Origin: an uncultured Clostridia bacterium
GTDB taxonomy: Bacteria; Bacillota; Clostridia; Christensenellales; UBA1242
Assembly (NCBI GenBank): GCA_934748015.1
Contig: CAKVHF010000005.1
Location: forward strand, 21,707-85,706
DNA: 64,000 nucleotides
Reading direction: 5' to 3'
The number at the start of each line of letters is the position of its first letter. The stretch's first letter is position 1. The notes beneath the pieces were generated by a model. It made no database searches, was not told where the DNA came from, and worked only from the letters and a program-made list of their open reading frames with translations. This document shows positions 44,877-55,176 of the stretch, one piece after another. The translations under genes and the position numbers were made by a program.

Positions 44877-45848
44877 CTATCTATCTAGGTTGTGCATTTT
44901 GCGAAGTTTGTTATATAGGTCACGATCAAACTCCCTTCTTGCACTTAGGCAAGTATCTATAGGGGTATAAAATAGATCATTGTTGCGGATGCCTAGGGCT
45001 ACACCTGACACACCCGCTTCCAAGCACTCTACTGCCATGATACCCATATTCATGCCTAGCATACGGTCAAATATACTAGGTGCACCGCCACGTTGGATAT
45101 ATCCCAGCTCGGTACTACGAGTATCTATCTTAAGAGATTGTCGTAACGCCCTCTCAACATCTTTCAGTTCATAATCGCAATTCTCACTTACAACAACTAG
45201 TGGGCTAGTTACGCCATTATCTAAGCAAGTCTTAACATCTCTAACTATATCTTCGATAGATGTGCCTAGTTCGGCTGTGGCAAGCGAATTAGCCATGCAT
45301 CCCACTGCCGTATACAACGCTATATCTCCACAATCTCTGCCCATAACCTTAACGATCATGCCACGAGAGTTAGCCTCCATGGTCTGCATCATTGCGTCAA
45401 TATTGGCTATTGCATTATTGACAGCGGTATCAAAGCCAAGAGTTCGTTCGGTATAATACAGATCGTTGTCTATTGTGCCTGGAATTGCTATCAACTTAAC
45501 GCCTTTGGCATATAGATTGACTGCACCATTGTACGAACCATTGCCACCGATCACAATCAATCCATCTATTTCATTCTTCTTCAAATTTCTTATTGCCTTG
45601 TCTAGTCCTGTAGGTGTACGAAACTCTTCACTTCGACTGACCTTAAGAATAGTACCGCCAAGACACTGAATGTTCTCAACAATATGTTCGTCTAGAAATA
45701 TCATATCATTGTCGATCAATCCCTGATATCCCCTCTTGATGCCTATAGGGATGATGCCATGGCTATTGCATGTATTAACAAATGCTTTGATGCAAATATT
45801 CATCCCTTGGCTATCTCCGCCACTACATAATATTGCGTATCTTTTCAT
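44877..45848 (-). CDS. pfkA: ATP-dependent 6-phosphofructokinase
   Basis: MKRYAILCSGGDSQGMN, GGNGS, PGTIDND and MGR motifs. Start set to ATG 45848 (GAGGAG SD 8 nt upstream). Confidence 0.93.
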   Translation of the reverse strand: MKRYAILCSGGDSQGMNICIKAFVNTCNSHGIIPIGIKRGYQGLIDNDMIFLDEHIVENIQCLGGTILKVSRSEEFRTPTGLDKAIRNLKKNEIDGLIVIGGNGSYNGAVNLYAKGVKLIAIPGTIDNDLYYTERTLGFDTAVNNAIANIDAMMQTMEANSRGMIVKVMGRDCGDIALYTAVGCMANSLATAELGTSIEDIVRDVKTCLDNGVTSPLVVVSENCDYELKDVERALRQSLKIDTRSTELGYIQRGGAPSIFDRMLGMNMGIMAVECLEAGVSGVALGIRNNDLFYTPIDTCLSARREFDRDLYNKLRKMHNLDR

Positions 45849-45861
45849 ATTTTCCACTCCT

Positions 45862-48800
45862 CTATCTAACCACTATATTGCTTTCGCCTACTATCGCCAA
45901 CAATTCTTGGTTAACAAAACTATTTAGGTTTACTCTGATATTTAACTTATATATTTGATTGGTGACCGAACACTTAATAACAACATCGGATGTACCTGGG
46001 TATGACTTCAAGATGTCCAAGATTTCATTCTTTAGGTTGTCATCCTTGGTGTTGAACTTGAGGTACAATGTCTTAGGTTTCTCGCTAGGTGCAACCTGCT
46101 TAGGCTCTGCCCCTGACGTCATCTTCTCGATATTATCCACCATAACTGATGGCTTAGTACCCTCTCGCACGCTAAGTTTTCCTGCAACTTTGACAATATT
46201 ATCTACGACCAATAGATCTTTGAACTTCTGATACATATTTTGCCAGAACACAACCTCGATTGTGCCATACAAGTCCTCTACTGTAACAAAAGCCATTTCT
46301 TTGCCCGAACGCTTAGAGATCATCTTCTTGACTTCGGTTATTATTCCGCCACATGTCACACTCATGCCGTCTTGCAAGCCGTTCTCGTCAGCATTGCCAA
46401 TCTCTTCATCGTCACCAGCACTAGCGTCTTCATCGGTTGTAAGCATATCACTGGTTAGGCTAAAGCCGGACATTAGGCTAGCAAATTTAGACAATGGGTG
46501 TCCAGAGATATACACTCCGACAACCTCTTTCTCCAATTTCAACTTAGTCTGCAGATCAAACTCTGGAATGTTAGGCACCTTAACCTCGTTATTGACATCA
46601 TCCTTAAGTAAGTCATCGAAGAATCCGATCTGTCCGCTGGCTTGCTTCTTTCTATCGCTAACAACCTTGTCTATAACAAGCGGATACATTTGCATCATTT
46701 GGCTACGATACAATCCAAAGCAGTCAAACGCACCACTAAGAATAAGCGACTCTATGCAACGTTTATTTAATGCGCCAGAGTCCATACGAGAGATAAAATC
46801 TTCTAGCGAAGTAAAGTCGCCATGCTTCTCTCTTTCGGCAATGATACTATCTACCACACCTATACCCACATTTTTAAGAGCTGCGATACCAAATCTTATT
46901 TTGTCATCTTTGACACTAAAGTAGGTCATTGATTTGTTAATATCTGGTGCAAGAATTTCGATTTTTTCTTCTCTTGCATAAGTAACATAGTTCTTGATTT
47001 CATCCGCATTGGTGATACGGTTATTAAGCACGCTGGTCAAGAACTCTGGCTCGTAATATGTCTTAAGGTATGCAGTCTGGTAAGTAATAAGGCTGTATGC
47101 GGCTGCATGCGATTTGTTGAACGCATAGGACGCAAAACTCTCCATTTCGCCCCAAATCTTGCTGGCAACATCTTCTGGTACACCACGTTTGATCGCACCA
47201 TCTATTGCTGGCTTGCCATTCTCTGCAGGCTTACCATGCAAGAACACTGCTTTCTCCGCCTTCATGGCTTCCAACTTTTTCTTACCCATCATACGTCTAA
47301 CCATATCGGCTTGACCCAAGGTATATCCTGCCATATCTTGCACTATTCTCATAACTTGCTCTTGATATACAATACAGCCATAAGTTACATTAAGGATAGG
47401 CTCTAGGATTGGGTGATCATAGGTTACTTTGTCTGGGTGGTGCTTGTTGTACACATATCTAGGGATACTATCCATAGGGCCTGGTCTATATAGTGACACA
47501 CCGGCGGTGATATCTTCTATAGAAGTTGGTTGCAATTCTTTCATAAATTTTCTAAAGCCCGGACTTTCTATCTGGAACACTGCCTTGGTGTTGCCAGTGG
47601 ATATCATCTTAAACACATTTGGATCAGCAAAACCAAGTTTGTGGAAGTCTATATCCACACCGTGATTTTCTTTAACATACTTGATACAAGTCTGGATATC
47701 GTTAAGGTTTCTAAGTCCAAGGAAGTCCATCTTAAGATGTCCCAATCTCTCAATATCTGTCATGGAATATTGTGTAGTTAAGTCATCTCCGTTACGAGAT
47801 AGTGGCATAAATTTCTCTAGGCTATCGCATCCGATAACAACACCGCATGCATGTGTAGAACACTGTCTAGGCATGCCCTCCAGTTTCATAGCGATATCTA
47901 CAACCTTCTTAACATTGGGGTTGGAGTTGTACATATTGACTAGGTCTGGAACGGGATACATTCCATACTCTTTATCCCCTTCCTTAGGTGGATCAGCAAA
48001 ACCAAAAGACTTCTTGATAACATCATGGTGCTTAGCACTTAGTCCCGGAATTATCTTAGTTACAGCATCCATTTCGCTATATGGAACGCCCAAAACCCTT
48101 CCTACATCCTTGATTGCGTTCTTGGCAGCCATTGTGCCGAAAGTAACAATCTTAACAACCTTATCTGCTCCATACTTGCGAGTAACATAGTCTATAACAT
48201 CTTGCCTGCGATCATCGGCAAAATCGACATCGAAATCGGGTGCGGTTACACGCTCGGTGTGAAGAAATCTCTCGAAAAGTAGGTCAAACTTAAATGGGTC
48301 AATATCTGTGATACCTATTGCATAAGCAACAACGCTACCTGCACCAGATCCACGACCTGGGCCTACTGGCACACCCATGCTTTTGGCAGCAAATATATAG
48401 TCCCATACGGTCAAGAAATATTGTGCAAAGCCCTGCTTGATAATAACTCCCAACTCTCTCTCAACACGCTCTCTAATTGTGTCTGTTACAGTGCCATATC
48501 TTCTTATTAGTCCCGCTTCAACCAATTCTCGCAAATACTCTTCTACAGTCTTGCCATCAGGTGCTTTGAATGGTGGGAACATATACATATTCTTATCGAT
48601 ATGGTCTTCTTCAAAGGAGTAATTGCACTTTTCGGCAATCTCCATTGTGGTCTCTAGTGCATCGAGGTCATTTGGGAATACTTTTGCCATTTCATCATAA
48701 GTCTTCAAGAAGAACTCTGTTCCGGTAAACTTAAGTCTGTTAGGGTCATCCAATGTTTTGCCCATCTGCACACACATCAAAACATCTTGGGTCAACGCAT

Positions 48801-49431
48801 CATCACGATACAAATAATGCACGTCATTAGTCGCAACCAACTTGATGTTATACTTCTTAGCATACTCATGAAGTTTAGCATTAACAACATGTTCTTCTTC
48901 TAGGTAGTGGTTCTGAATCTCAAGATAGAAGTCGTCATGGAATGTATCGACAAAGTATTGGATCATCTCTTCTGCCTTGTCATACTCACCTGCAAGGATA
49001 TATCTAGGGATGTCTCCCGCAATACAAGCGGACAAGCAGATAACTCCCTCACTATGCTCTTTTAGCACATTGTAGTCTATTCTGCCTTTGCCAAAATAGT
49101 AACCATCACGGAACGCAATGGTGTTAAGTTTGCATAGGTTTAGGTATCCAGTGCGGTTCTTAGCAAGCAAAATAAGGTGGGAGTTACGACTACGACCAGT
49201 CTTGACAGCTAGATCACTAACCACATAGAACTCACAACCAAAAATTGGCTTAATTCCCGCCTTTTTGCATGCATCATAGAAGGTTACTGCACCATACATG
49301 TTGCCGTGATCGGTGATAGCACACGCTGGCATTCCCATTTCGGCACACATTTTAGTCAGTTTTTCTATCCTAGCCGCACCATCCAGCAGACTATACTCAG
49401 TATGAACATGTAGATGAACAAAGTTTCCCAA
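45862..49431 (-). CDS. dnaE: DNA polymerase III alpha subunit
   Basis: 1189 aa. PHP N-terminus FVHLHVHTEYSLLDGA, then polymerase core and OB-fold. TTG start with an AGGAGAG SD. Confidence 0.95.
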   Translation of the reverse strand: MGNFVHLHVHTEYSLLDGAARIEKLTKMCAEMGMPACAITDHGNMYGAVTFYDACKKAGIKPIFGCEFYVVSDLAVKTGRSRNSHLILLAKNRTGYLNLCKLNTIAFRDGYYFGKGRIDYNVLKEHSEGVICLSACIAGDIPRYILAGEYDKAEEMIQYFVDTFHDDFYLEIQNHYLEEEHVVNAKLHEYAKKYNIKLVATNDVHYLYRDDALTQDVLMCVQMGKTLDDPNRLKFTGTEFFLKTYDEMAKVFPNDLDALETTMEIAEKCNYSFEEDHIDKNMYMFPPFKAPDGKTVEEYLRELVEAGLIRRYGTVTDTIRERVERELGVIIKQGFAQYFLTVWDYIFAAKSMGVPVGPGRGSGAGSVVAYAIGITDIDPFKFDLLFERFLHTERVTAPDFDVDFADDRRQDVIDYVTRKYGADKVVKIVTFGTMAAKNAIKDVGRVLGVPYSEMDAVTKIIPGLSAKHHDVIKKSFGFADPPKEGDKEYGMYPVPDLVNMYNSNPNVKKVVDIAMKLEGMPRQCSTHACGVVIGCDSLEKFMPLSRNGDDLTTQYSMTDIERLGHLKMDFLGLRNLNDIQTCIKYVKENHGVDIDFHKLGFADPNVFKMISTGNTKAVFQIESPGFRKFMKELQPTSIEDITAGVSLYRPGPMDSIPRYVYNKHHPDKVTYDHPILEPILNVTYGCIVYQEQVMRIVQDMAGYTLGQADMVRRMMGKKKLEAMKAEKAVFLHGKPAENGKPAIDGAIKRGVPEDVASKIWGEMESFASYAFNKSHAAAYSLITYQTAYLKTYYEPEFLTSVLNNRITNADEIKNYVTYAREEKIEILAPDINKSMTYFSVKDDKIRFGIAALKNVGIGVVDSIIAEREKHGDFTSLEDFISRMDSGALNKRCIESLILSGAFDCFGLYRSQMMQMYPLVIDKVVSDRKKQASGQIGFFDDLLKDDVNNEVKVPNIPEFDLQTKLKLEKEVVGVYISGHPLSKFASLMSGFSLTSDMLTTDEDASAGDDEEIGNADENGLQDGMSVTCGGIITEVKKMISKRSGKEMAFVTVEDLYGTIEVVFWQNMYQKFKDLLVVDNIVKVAGKLSVREGTKPSVMVDNIEKMTSGAEPKQVAPSEKPKTLYLKFNTKDDNLKNEILDILKSYPGTSDVVIKCSVTNQIYKLNIRVNLNSFVNQELLAIVGESNIVVR

Positions 49432-49677
49432 TGCAATAACTCTCCTATTATATATAATCTAACTAATTGTAAACAATCTTAATAAAAAAATCAAGCAAAA
49501 CAATATAAGCCCCACCAACTTTGTTGCAAAAAGTAAAAATTAATAAGTTTTAACAAAATTATGTATCTAAACCAAACACTATCCTAGTCAGATGTCAAAT
49601 TAGGCAAAGAACTGGGTGTCCCCTCGCAAAACATGCAAAATACTTCCGTCTTTTAGCAATAAATTTACCAGAAAATA

Positions 49678-49745
49678 AAAATTGCTAATATATATGCAAA
49701 ATATTGACAAATATAGATAAAATTGCTAATATATATGCAAAATAT
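49678..49745 (+). promoter_or_regulatory. hipBA promoter bracketed by two identical 27-nt operator-like repeats
   Basis: aaaattgctaatatatatgcaaaatat occurs at 49678-49704 and again at 49719-49745, each containing TTGC-N10-GCAA. TTGACA (49704-49709)-N17-TAATAT (49727-49732). Confidence 0.6.
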
Positions 49746-49757
49746 AAGGGGTGTAAA

Positions 49758-50048
49758 ATGGAAAACAGATTTGACATAAGCAAATTTGTAGATACAACTA
49801 CAGAAGCCAGTATAGTTCAAGGATTAATCGCAAGGGTGAAAAAAAGACGAAAAGAATTGAAGTGGTCACAATCAACTCTTGCAACAAAATCAGGCGTGAG
49901 TTATGGATCTATAAGAAGATTTGAAGCAACTGGAGAGATTTCTCTTTCGTCATTGATCAAGATTGCTCATGCCATGGACTGCATGCTAGATTTCAACCAC
50001 TTATTTCAACGCCAGATAATAACTAACCTAAAGGATTATAACGGATAA
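49758..50048 (+). CDS. hipB: XRE-family HTH antitoxin (HipB-like)
   Basis: ..RRKELKWSQSTLATKSGVSYGSIRRFE.. HTH. AAGGGG SD. Its stop overlaps the hipA start (TAATG). Confidence 0.8.
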   Translation: MENRFDISKFVDTTTEASIVQGLIARVKKRRKELKWSQSTLATKSGVSYGSIRRFEATGEISLSSLIKIAHAMDCMLDFNHLFQRQIITNLKDYNG

Positions 50049-51145
50049 TGGAAAAAGTAAAAAAATTGAAAGTAAAATACAATGATATAATTGTTGGATA
50101 TTTGGCAGAACTAGACAATGGTCAAATTGCATTTCAATATGATGAATTTTGGATCAAAAATGGATTTAGTATTTCGCCATTTTCCTTGCCACTTAGCGAC
50201 AAAATATATATTAATCAGAAAAATAATTTTGATGGATTATATGGGGTATTTTGGGATAGTCTTCCTGATGGATGGGGAGAATTGATTATCAAAAGAATGT
50301 TGGCAAAAAAAGGAATAAACTATGATAATCTATCCCCTCTTCAAAAATTATCCCTTATCTCTAGCAATGGCTTGGGTGCACTAACTTACGAACCGTCCGA
50401 AACTGACAATAACTCAACATGTGATATAGATCTTGACACTCTAGCGAATGACGCAAGAAAGATATTGAATAACGAAGCAACTAATGTTGAATTGGATCAG
50501 ATATATAGGCTAGGTGGATCTAGTGGTGGTGCTAGACCAAAAGCACATATAACTATTGATGACGAAGAGTGGATAATCAAATTTCCGTGTCTAATCGATC
50601 CAATTAATATTGGTGAAAAAGAATATAATGCAAATATAATTGCCAAGCAATGTGGAATAAATATAAACGAATGCAGACTATTTCCATCCAAACTATGTTC
50701 GGGATATTTTGGATCAAAAAGATTTGACCGAATATGCAACAAAAAGGTTCATATGATATCTCTATCAGCATTATTAGAAACATCCCACAGGGTTCCAAAT
50801 CTAGACTATTGCCACTTACTGCAAGTAATACAAAATATATGTCCTAACAAATCGGATATGTACGAAGCGTATAGAAGAATGTGTTACAATGTAATGTATC
50901 ATAATAAAGATGACCATGGCAAAAACTTTTCATTTATATATGACGAAAAAATAAATGGATATATGCTTTCTCCCGCTTATGATTTAACTTCTACGCCAGA
51001 CAAGCCAGAACATGAAATGTCAATCATGGGCAATGGTAACCCAACTGAAACTGATCTTGTTGCAATAGCAAAAAAATTTAGGTTATCAGAAGCCAAGTGC
51101 AAAAAAATAATTGAAGAAATCAAAAATATTGTTAATAAACAATAA
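50048..51145 (+). CDS. hipA: HipA-family serine/threonine kinase toxin
   Basis: N-terminal coupling domain (VKYNDIIVGYL..), GGSSGGARPKA and KDDHGKNFSF catalytic motifs. 365 aa. Confidence 0.85.
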   Translation: MEKVKKLKVKYNDIIVGYLAELDNGQIAFQYDEFWIKNGFSISPFSLPLSDKIYINQKNNFDGLYGVFWDSLPDGWGELIIKRMLAKKGINYDNLSPLQKLSLISSNGLGALTYEPSETDNNSTCDIDLDTLANDARKILNNEATNVELDQIYRLGGSSGGARPKAHITIDDEEWIIKFPCLIDPINIGEKEYNANIIAKQCGININECRLFPSKLCSGYFGSKRFDRICNKKVHMISLSALLETSHRVPNLDYCHLLQVIQNICPNKSDMYEAYRRMCYNVMYHNKDDHGKNFSFIYDEKINGYMLSPAYDLTSTPDKPEHEMSIMGNGNPTETDLVAIAKKFRLSEAKCKKIIEEIKNIVNKQ

Positions 51146-51151
51146 CAAAAT

Positions 51152-51204
51152 AACGCTTAAGCAAAATTGGGTATACACCAAAATTGTTTAAGCGTTTTTA
51201 TTTT
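51152..51204 (+). terminator. intrinsic terminator of hipBA
   Basis: AACGCTTAA / TTAAGCGTT outer stem followed by a T-run. Confidence 0.6.
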
Positions 51205-51262
51205 AAGTTTTTAATTAATTCTTTTATTGTTTCTTTGTTTTTGTCAGATAATTTTCTGTATT

Positions 51263-51517
51263 CTAGCAACAATTGTTTTTTTCCGCATATTTAGAAATAT
51301 CATCCCAAAATAGTTCCTCTGGACTACTCCCACAACACTCAGTTGCCTCAATAAGCACTTCGGCTGGAATACTAAAATCACCATTGTCAAACTTTGCAAA
51401 ATAGGCAATTGACTTATCGACCATTTGCGACAACTCTCTAGCAGACAAATTTGCTCTAGACCTTAAGTATCCCAACCTATCTATCAAATTTTTCCGCTTT
51501 TGCGTAATGTTCTTCAT
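51263..51517 (-). CDS. small XRE-family HTH protein
   Basis: 84 aa; ..RANLSARELSQMVDKSIAYFAKFDNG.. HTH. Starts 16 nt after the MBL gene stop. Confidence 0.7.
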   Translation of the reverse strand: MKNITQKRKNLIDRLGYLRSRANLSARELSQMVDKSIAYFAKFDNGDFSIPAEVLIEATECCGSSPEELFWDDISKYAEKNNCC

Positions 51518-51533
51518 AATAACAACCTTTTAT

Positions 51534-52688
51534 CTACGCAGATAACTTAGAGGCACGATAATCTTTGTACCACTGATTGGCTGTGATATTGTCTGTTATG
51601 TTGGAGCAGACAACTCTGATTGATGTTGCGTCCGATATTATTACAATATTGCCATTGTATAAATCGGACTTGCCCTCTTCATTGACTACACGTGGGCAAT
51701 ACATATTGGTTGTGTACTTGGTTATATTCTTAACTGCCTGCAGGGTTGGAAAAACATTGTCTAGATTGGAAGTATATTCTTGCACGCCCATTGCTGCTGT
51801 AAATACCACAATGTCTGGTCTTATAACATCCAATAGAGTTATTGTGCTAGATGTCTTAGAACCATGGTGTCCTGCTTTGTAGACATTTACTTTGCCAAGA
51901 CTATTGTTAGCAACTAGATGCTCTTCGCCACTCTTCTCTAGGTCACCAGTAAATAGATATTTGTAGTTGCCTGCAGTAAGCATCATACATACCGAATAGT
52001 TGTTCTCGTCAGATGATGTATGATCATAATAATAATTGTACAATATTTCCATAGACACATTGTCTGCAATATTATATACCCTCTTAGCCCCATCGGTCTC
52101 TTTGTAACACTGCAAGGCTGTATAGTGTGTTGCTCCATTGGCCACTTCTGCATCTCGCTTTGCCACATATCTGTTGTGCATTGCACTTGTTTTACTTGTC
52201 AAAGGTGCATCGATAATAATCTCGCACTCGTAACGATCAAAGATTGTCTGATAACTTACGCTTGTTGTTCCCGCAAAGCACGCAATGTGATCTCTGTCGC
52301 CATGTGTCACAATTACATATTCTAGTATTCCATCGGTACAATATGTGTTAATATATGTGCTGATAGTCTCAATACTATCTGTGTCCGATCCTGCATCTAT
52401 CAGTATCTCGGTGTTGCCGTTCTTGATAAGTATACAGTCACCTGCCTTATCATTGCCTAGTTCCATAAAATGCACCGATGTATCGCCTTCCTTAAGCGTA
52501 ACAGTACTGCCGGCTGTAATTGTTCCACCACCAGAATTGTTGAAGTTAAATATCTTCTTAAACAACACTGGATCAACAAAATACATTGTTCCAAAAACTA
52601 TACATAGTAGCAGTGCAATAATAAGTATCGCAACTAACAACTTATACGACATCTTTAGTTTTGCTTGTTTCTTTTTCTTTCTTGCCAT
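51534..52688 (-). CDS. membrane-anchored MBL-fold hydrolase (ComEC C-terminal-domain-like)
   Basis: Lys-rich N-terminus plus TM. HFMELGNDKAGDCILIK..ILIDAG, VTHGDRDH and GHHGS metallo-beta-lactamase motifs. Start set to ATG 52688 (AGGAGAA SD). Confidence 0.75.
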   Translation of the reverse strand: MARKKKKQAKLKMSYKLLVAILIIALLLCIVFGTMYFVDPVLFKKIFNFNNSGGGTITAGSTVTLKEGDTSVHFMELGNDKAGDCILIKNGNTEILIDAGSDTDSIETISTYINTYCTDGILEYVIVTHGDRDHIACFAGTTSVSYQTIFDRYECEIIIDAPLTSKTSAMHNRYVAKRDAEVANGATHYTALQCYKETDGAKRVYNIADNVSMEILYNYYYDHTSSDENNYSVCMMLTAGNYKYLFTGDLEKSGEEHLVANNSLGKVNVYKAGHHGSKTSSTITLLDVIRPDIVVFTAAMGVQEYTSNLDNVFPTLQAVKNITKYTTNMYCPRVVNEEGKSDLYNGNIVIISDATSIRVVCSNITDNITANQWYKDYRASKLSA

Positions 52689-52814
52689 TATTTCATTCTC
52701 CTTTTTCTCTTTGGTCTGTTTGTATGCTTTTACCCACATTATTGCTATCTTTGTGGATAATTGTTAAAAATTTTGTAGTATATTTCAGTAAAATTAGCCG
52801 ATTACATACGGACA

Positions 52815-53609
52815 TCATTTTGTGACGATATACCCAAAGCTATGGTCGCTAAGGGATAGAGTTGTGGATGTCTTAGTGGTCATATCGTTGACAATCTTAA
52901 TAACCAACTCGCTACATGCATCCCTTGAGTGTCCAGATAGACTATTGATCCAATTAAGTGCCTCAGAATTTACATCCCCTTGCAAGTTATTAATCCTAGA
53001 CGAGACATCTACTAGCACAACGCTTGCACCCGACATCTCTACAGTTGCAACAGACTTAATATATATTGTCTTGATCTTCTTCAATGTATCGTTGTTGACA
53101 CTATTGGTCAACTCTGACACATCTAGACTATACACACTGGTCATACTCCATTGCATAGAGCCTTTGGCTTGCAATGTTAACTCCAGCATGTTTACCTTCA
53201 GGCTAGTAAATACACTCATCATAGTAGTGCAAAATGCACCCATCTCACAATCGGTCAAAGAGTAACTATCTAACACATCTACAAATAATTTGTCATCATA
53301 TAGTGCTGGTGTCAATCTGCCGTCAATAAATATAGGCATATCCACACCTTCACTACCCAACTTCTCCAGCATGGTCGAATAATCGGAGTCCAATATTTTA
53401 TTGTCGGACATCATCGCATTCGGGTCATAAGGCTTACTTAATTCATTGGCCATCTGTGTGTAGGTTTTGGTAGGGAAATCGCAAGATCTATAGACTTCCA
53501 TGCAAGAGACTATTACTATCACAATCAATAGTAATGGCATGATTATCTTAACCACCCTGTCAGTCGTCCAAGGTTTCTTTTCCTTTTTTTTCTTTTTCAA
53601 TATCCCCAT
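52815..53609 (-). CDS. TM-anchored hypothetical protein (distant paralogue of 60193-61074)
   Basis: MGILKKKKKEKKPW.. plus TM. LTDCEMGAFCTTMM and C-terminal GYIVTK resemble LTDKQIGAFMAYIV and YYVLTK in 60193-61074. Confidence 0.55.
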   Translation of the reverse strand: MGILKKKKKEKKPWTTDRVVKIIMPLLLIVIVIVSCMEVYRSCDFPTKTYTQMANELSKPYDPNAMMSDNKILDSDYSTMLEKLGSEGVDMPIFIDGRLTPALYDDKLFVDVLDSYSLTDCEMGAFCTTMMSVFTSLKVNMLELTLQAKGSMQWSMTSVYSLDVSELTNSVNNDTLKKIKTIYIKSVATVEMSGASVVLVDVSSRINNLQGDVNSEALNWINSLSGHSRDACSELVIKIVNDMTTKTSTTLSLSDHSFGYIVTK

Positions 53610-53892
53610 ATTATATATTATACATATTTTGCTTTTGTTTACCAATTTAATTTGTTGTTTTTTTGCTATTTATATTTTGCTTAGACAATCTGGTGTTGTT
53701 ATTGCAGAAACCCCAAACACACCCACATAAGTATTCAAATGTCGTGTACAGCACACCCTAAAAATAAAGAGATATACTACAAAATTGAAATTATATCGTA
53801 ATATTTGGCATATTGCAGCCAATATGATATAATAAAAGATGTAATTGTGCCTAACAAAAGATATAACACTAGGCATTATATAAGGAGATAAT

Positions 53893-54480
53893 ATGAATGA
53901 AATAAAAAAAGAAAACAAATTGGTTGCAATCTTACTGATGATTGCATCCGCACTAGTTGGTGGTGTAATATGGGGACTGCTGTACACTACAGGCTGGTTT
54001 GTGGCAATAATTGCATATGGTACTGCACTACTTGCAATCTATCTATATACTAAGTTTGCCAAACCTACCAAAGCAACTTACATTGCAACCAGCATCGTTA
54101 TTATTGTAGTCAATATTGTCGCAATGTTTCTTGCTCTTGCAATAGATGGTGCAACCGAATTAGGGATATCTATTGGCGAAACTTTTGAATTAATTTTTAA
54201 CAATTTTGATCGTTTTGCTGGAGACATAATCTTAGATATTGTTCTAACTATTGCGTTCACAATTTTGGGTGTAATATCTTACATAAGATTTGATAGACAG
54301 AAGAGAGCCCAAACCCCAGCAACCCTACCTATGGATAGTGACAACCCGGTAGCGGTTAACAATTCAACACTTGACACTGATAATGAAACCAAGTCTGAGG
54401 ACAAAGTAGAAGAGAATGTAAAAGAAAATTTAGAGGAAAAATCTGAAACTTCTGATTCAACAAACAAAGAAGAAAAATAA
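53893..54480 (+). CDS. 4-TM membrane protein with acidic, low-complexity C-terminal tail
   Basis: AAGGAGA SD. Hydrophobic segments are followed by ..TDNETKSEDKVEENVKENLEEKSETSDSTNKEEK. Confidence 0.6.
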   Translation: MNEIKKENKLVAILLMIASALVGGVIWGLLYTTGWFVAIIAYGTALLAIYLYTKFAKPTKATYIATSIVIIVVNIVAMFLALAIDGATELGISIGETFELIFNNFDRFAGDIILDIVLTIAFTILGVISYIRFDRQKRAQTPATLPMDSDNPVAVNNSTLDTDNETKSEDKVEENVKENLEEKSETSDSTNKEEK

Positions 54481-54558
54481 AATAACAAAAATATATACAA
54501 CACTGAAAATTATTAAATAACACGCATACACTATATATTTTATTTATCCTTAAATAGT

Positions 54559-54602
54559 AAAAAAAACCGAACTCACTTTTGTAGTAGTTCGGATTTTTTT
54601 TA
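54559..54602. terminator. bidirectional terminator
   Basis: CCGAACT / AGTTCGG stem flanked by A8 and T9 runs, between convergent genes. Confidence 0.7.
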
Positions 54603-54634
54603 TTTAGTGCGACCAGAATAACCTCAGTTGAACA

Positions 54635-55117
54635 TTATATTACATTGTCGTTGCCAAATTGTCTTTTCATTATATCTAAAGCATTTAAATGATTGTTTTT
54701 ATTTCTGGATGAGCTTGCACATAAGTTAGATAAAATTATAGGTCTTATACAATTATCAAACAAATTAAAAGCAATTGCCAAACAACACGCATCTGTGTCA
54801 GTCCCGCATATTTCTATTTCTGTTATGCCTAAATCTTTAAGATGTTTAATATCATTAAAAGAAATGCCGTAACAATTTTTTGTTAAAATTTTTGCATTCT
54901 TAGGAACATAACAAACAATTTCTTGGTCATCTTTATCTTTAATTCCATTCCAATTTAATATTTTAGTGTAAGGACTATCATTAGTATTAACACATTTTGT
55001 AAAGAAAATGTTATCAAAATTGTTTTGTCTTAAATAATTGTTTATCTTTTCAATTAAATGGCAATTCGTTTCTTTCATAAAACCTTTTTGCATATCTACA
55101 ATAATTATATTTTTCAT
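54635..55117 (-). CDS. isochorismatase-family cysteine hydrolase
   Basis: MKNIIIVDMQKGF (Asp) ... EICGTDTDACCLAIA (catalytic Cys region). AGGAGTG SD lies directly after the U-tract of the tRNA terminator. Confidence 0.75.
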   Translation of the reverse strand: MKNIIIVDMQKGFMKETNCHLIEKINNYLRQNNFDNIFFTKCVNTNDSPYTKILNWNGIKDKDDQEIVCYVPKNAKILTKNCYGISFNDIKHLKDLGITEIEICGTDTDACCLAIAFNLFDNCIRPIILSNLCASSSRNKNNHLNALDIMKRQFGNDNVI

Positions 55118-55130
55118 TTTTCACTCCTAA

Positions 55131-55170
55131 TAAAACAAAAGACTCAGAAGAAATGCGGATTCAACTGAGT
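55131..55170 (-). terminator. hairpin plus U-tract immediately 3' of tRNA-Arg
   Basis: ACTCAG / CTGAGT stem followed by TTTTGTTTT on the minus strand. Confidence 0.55.
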
Positions 55171-55176
55171 TTCATT

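Noticed and set aside
53670-53987. 105-aa minus-strand ORF in the divergent promoter region
   Set aside because: It overlaps the start of the better-supported plus-strand membrane-protein gene, which has a strong SD. Its own sequence is low-complexity.
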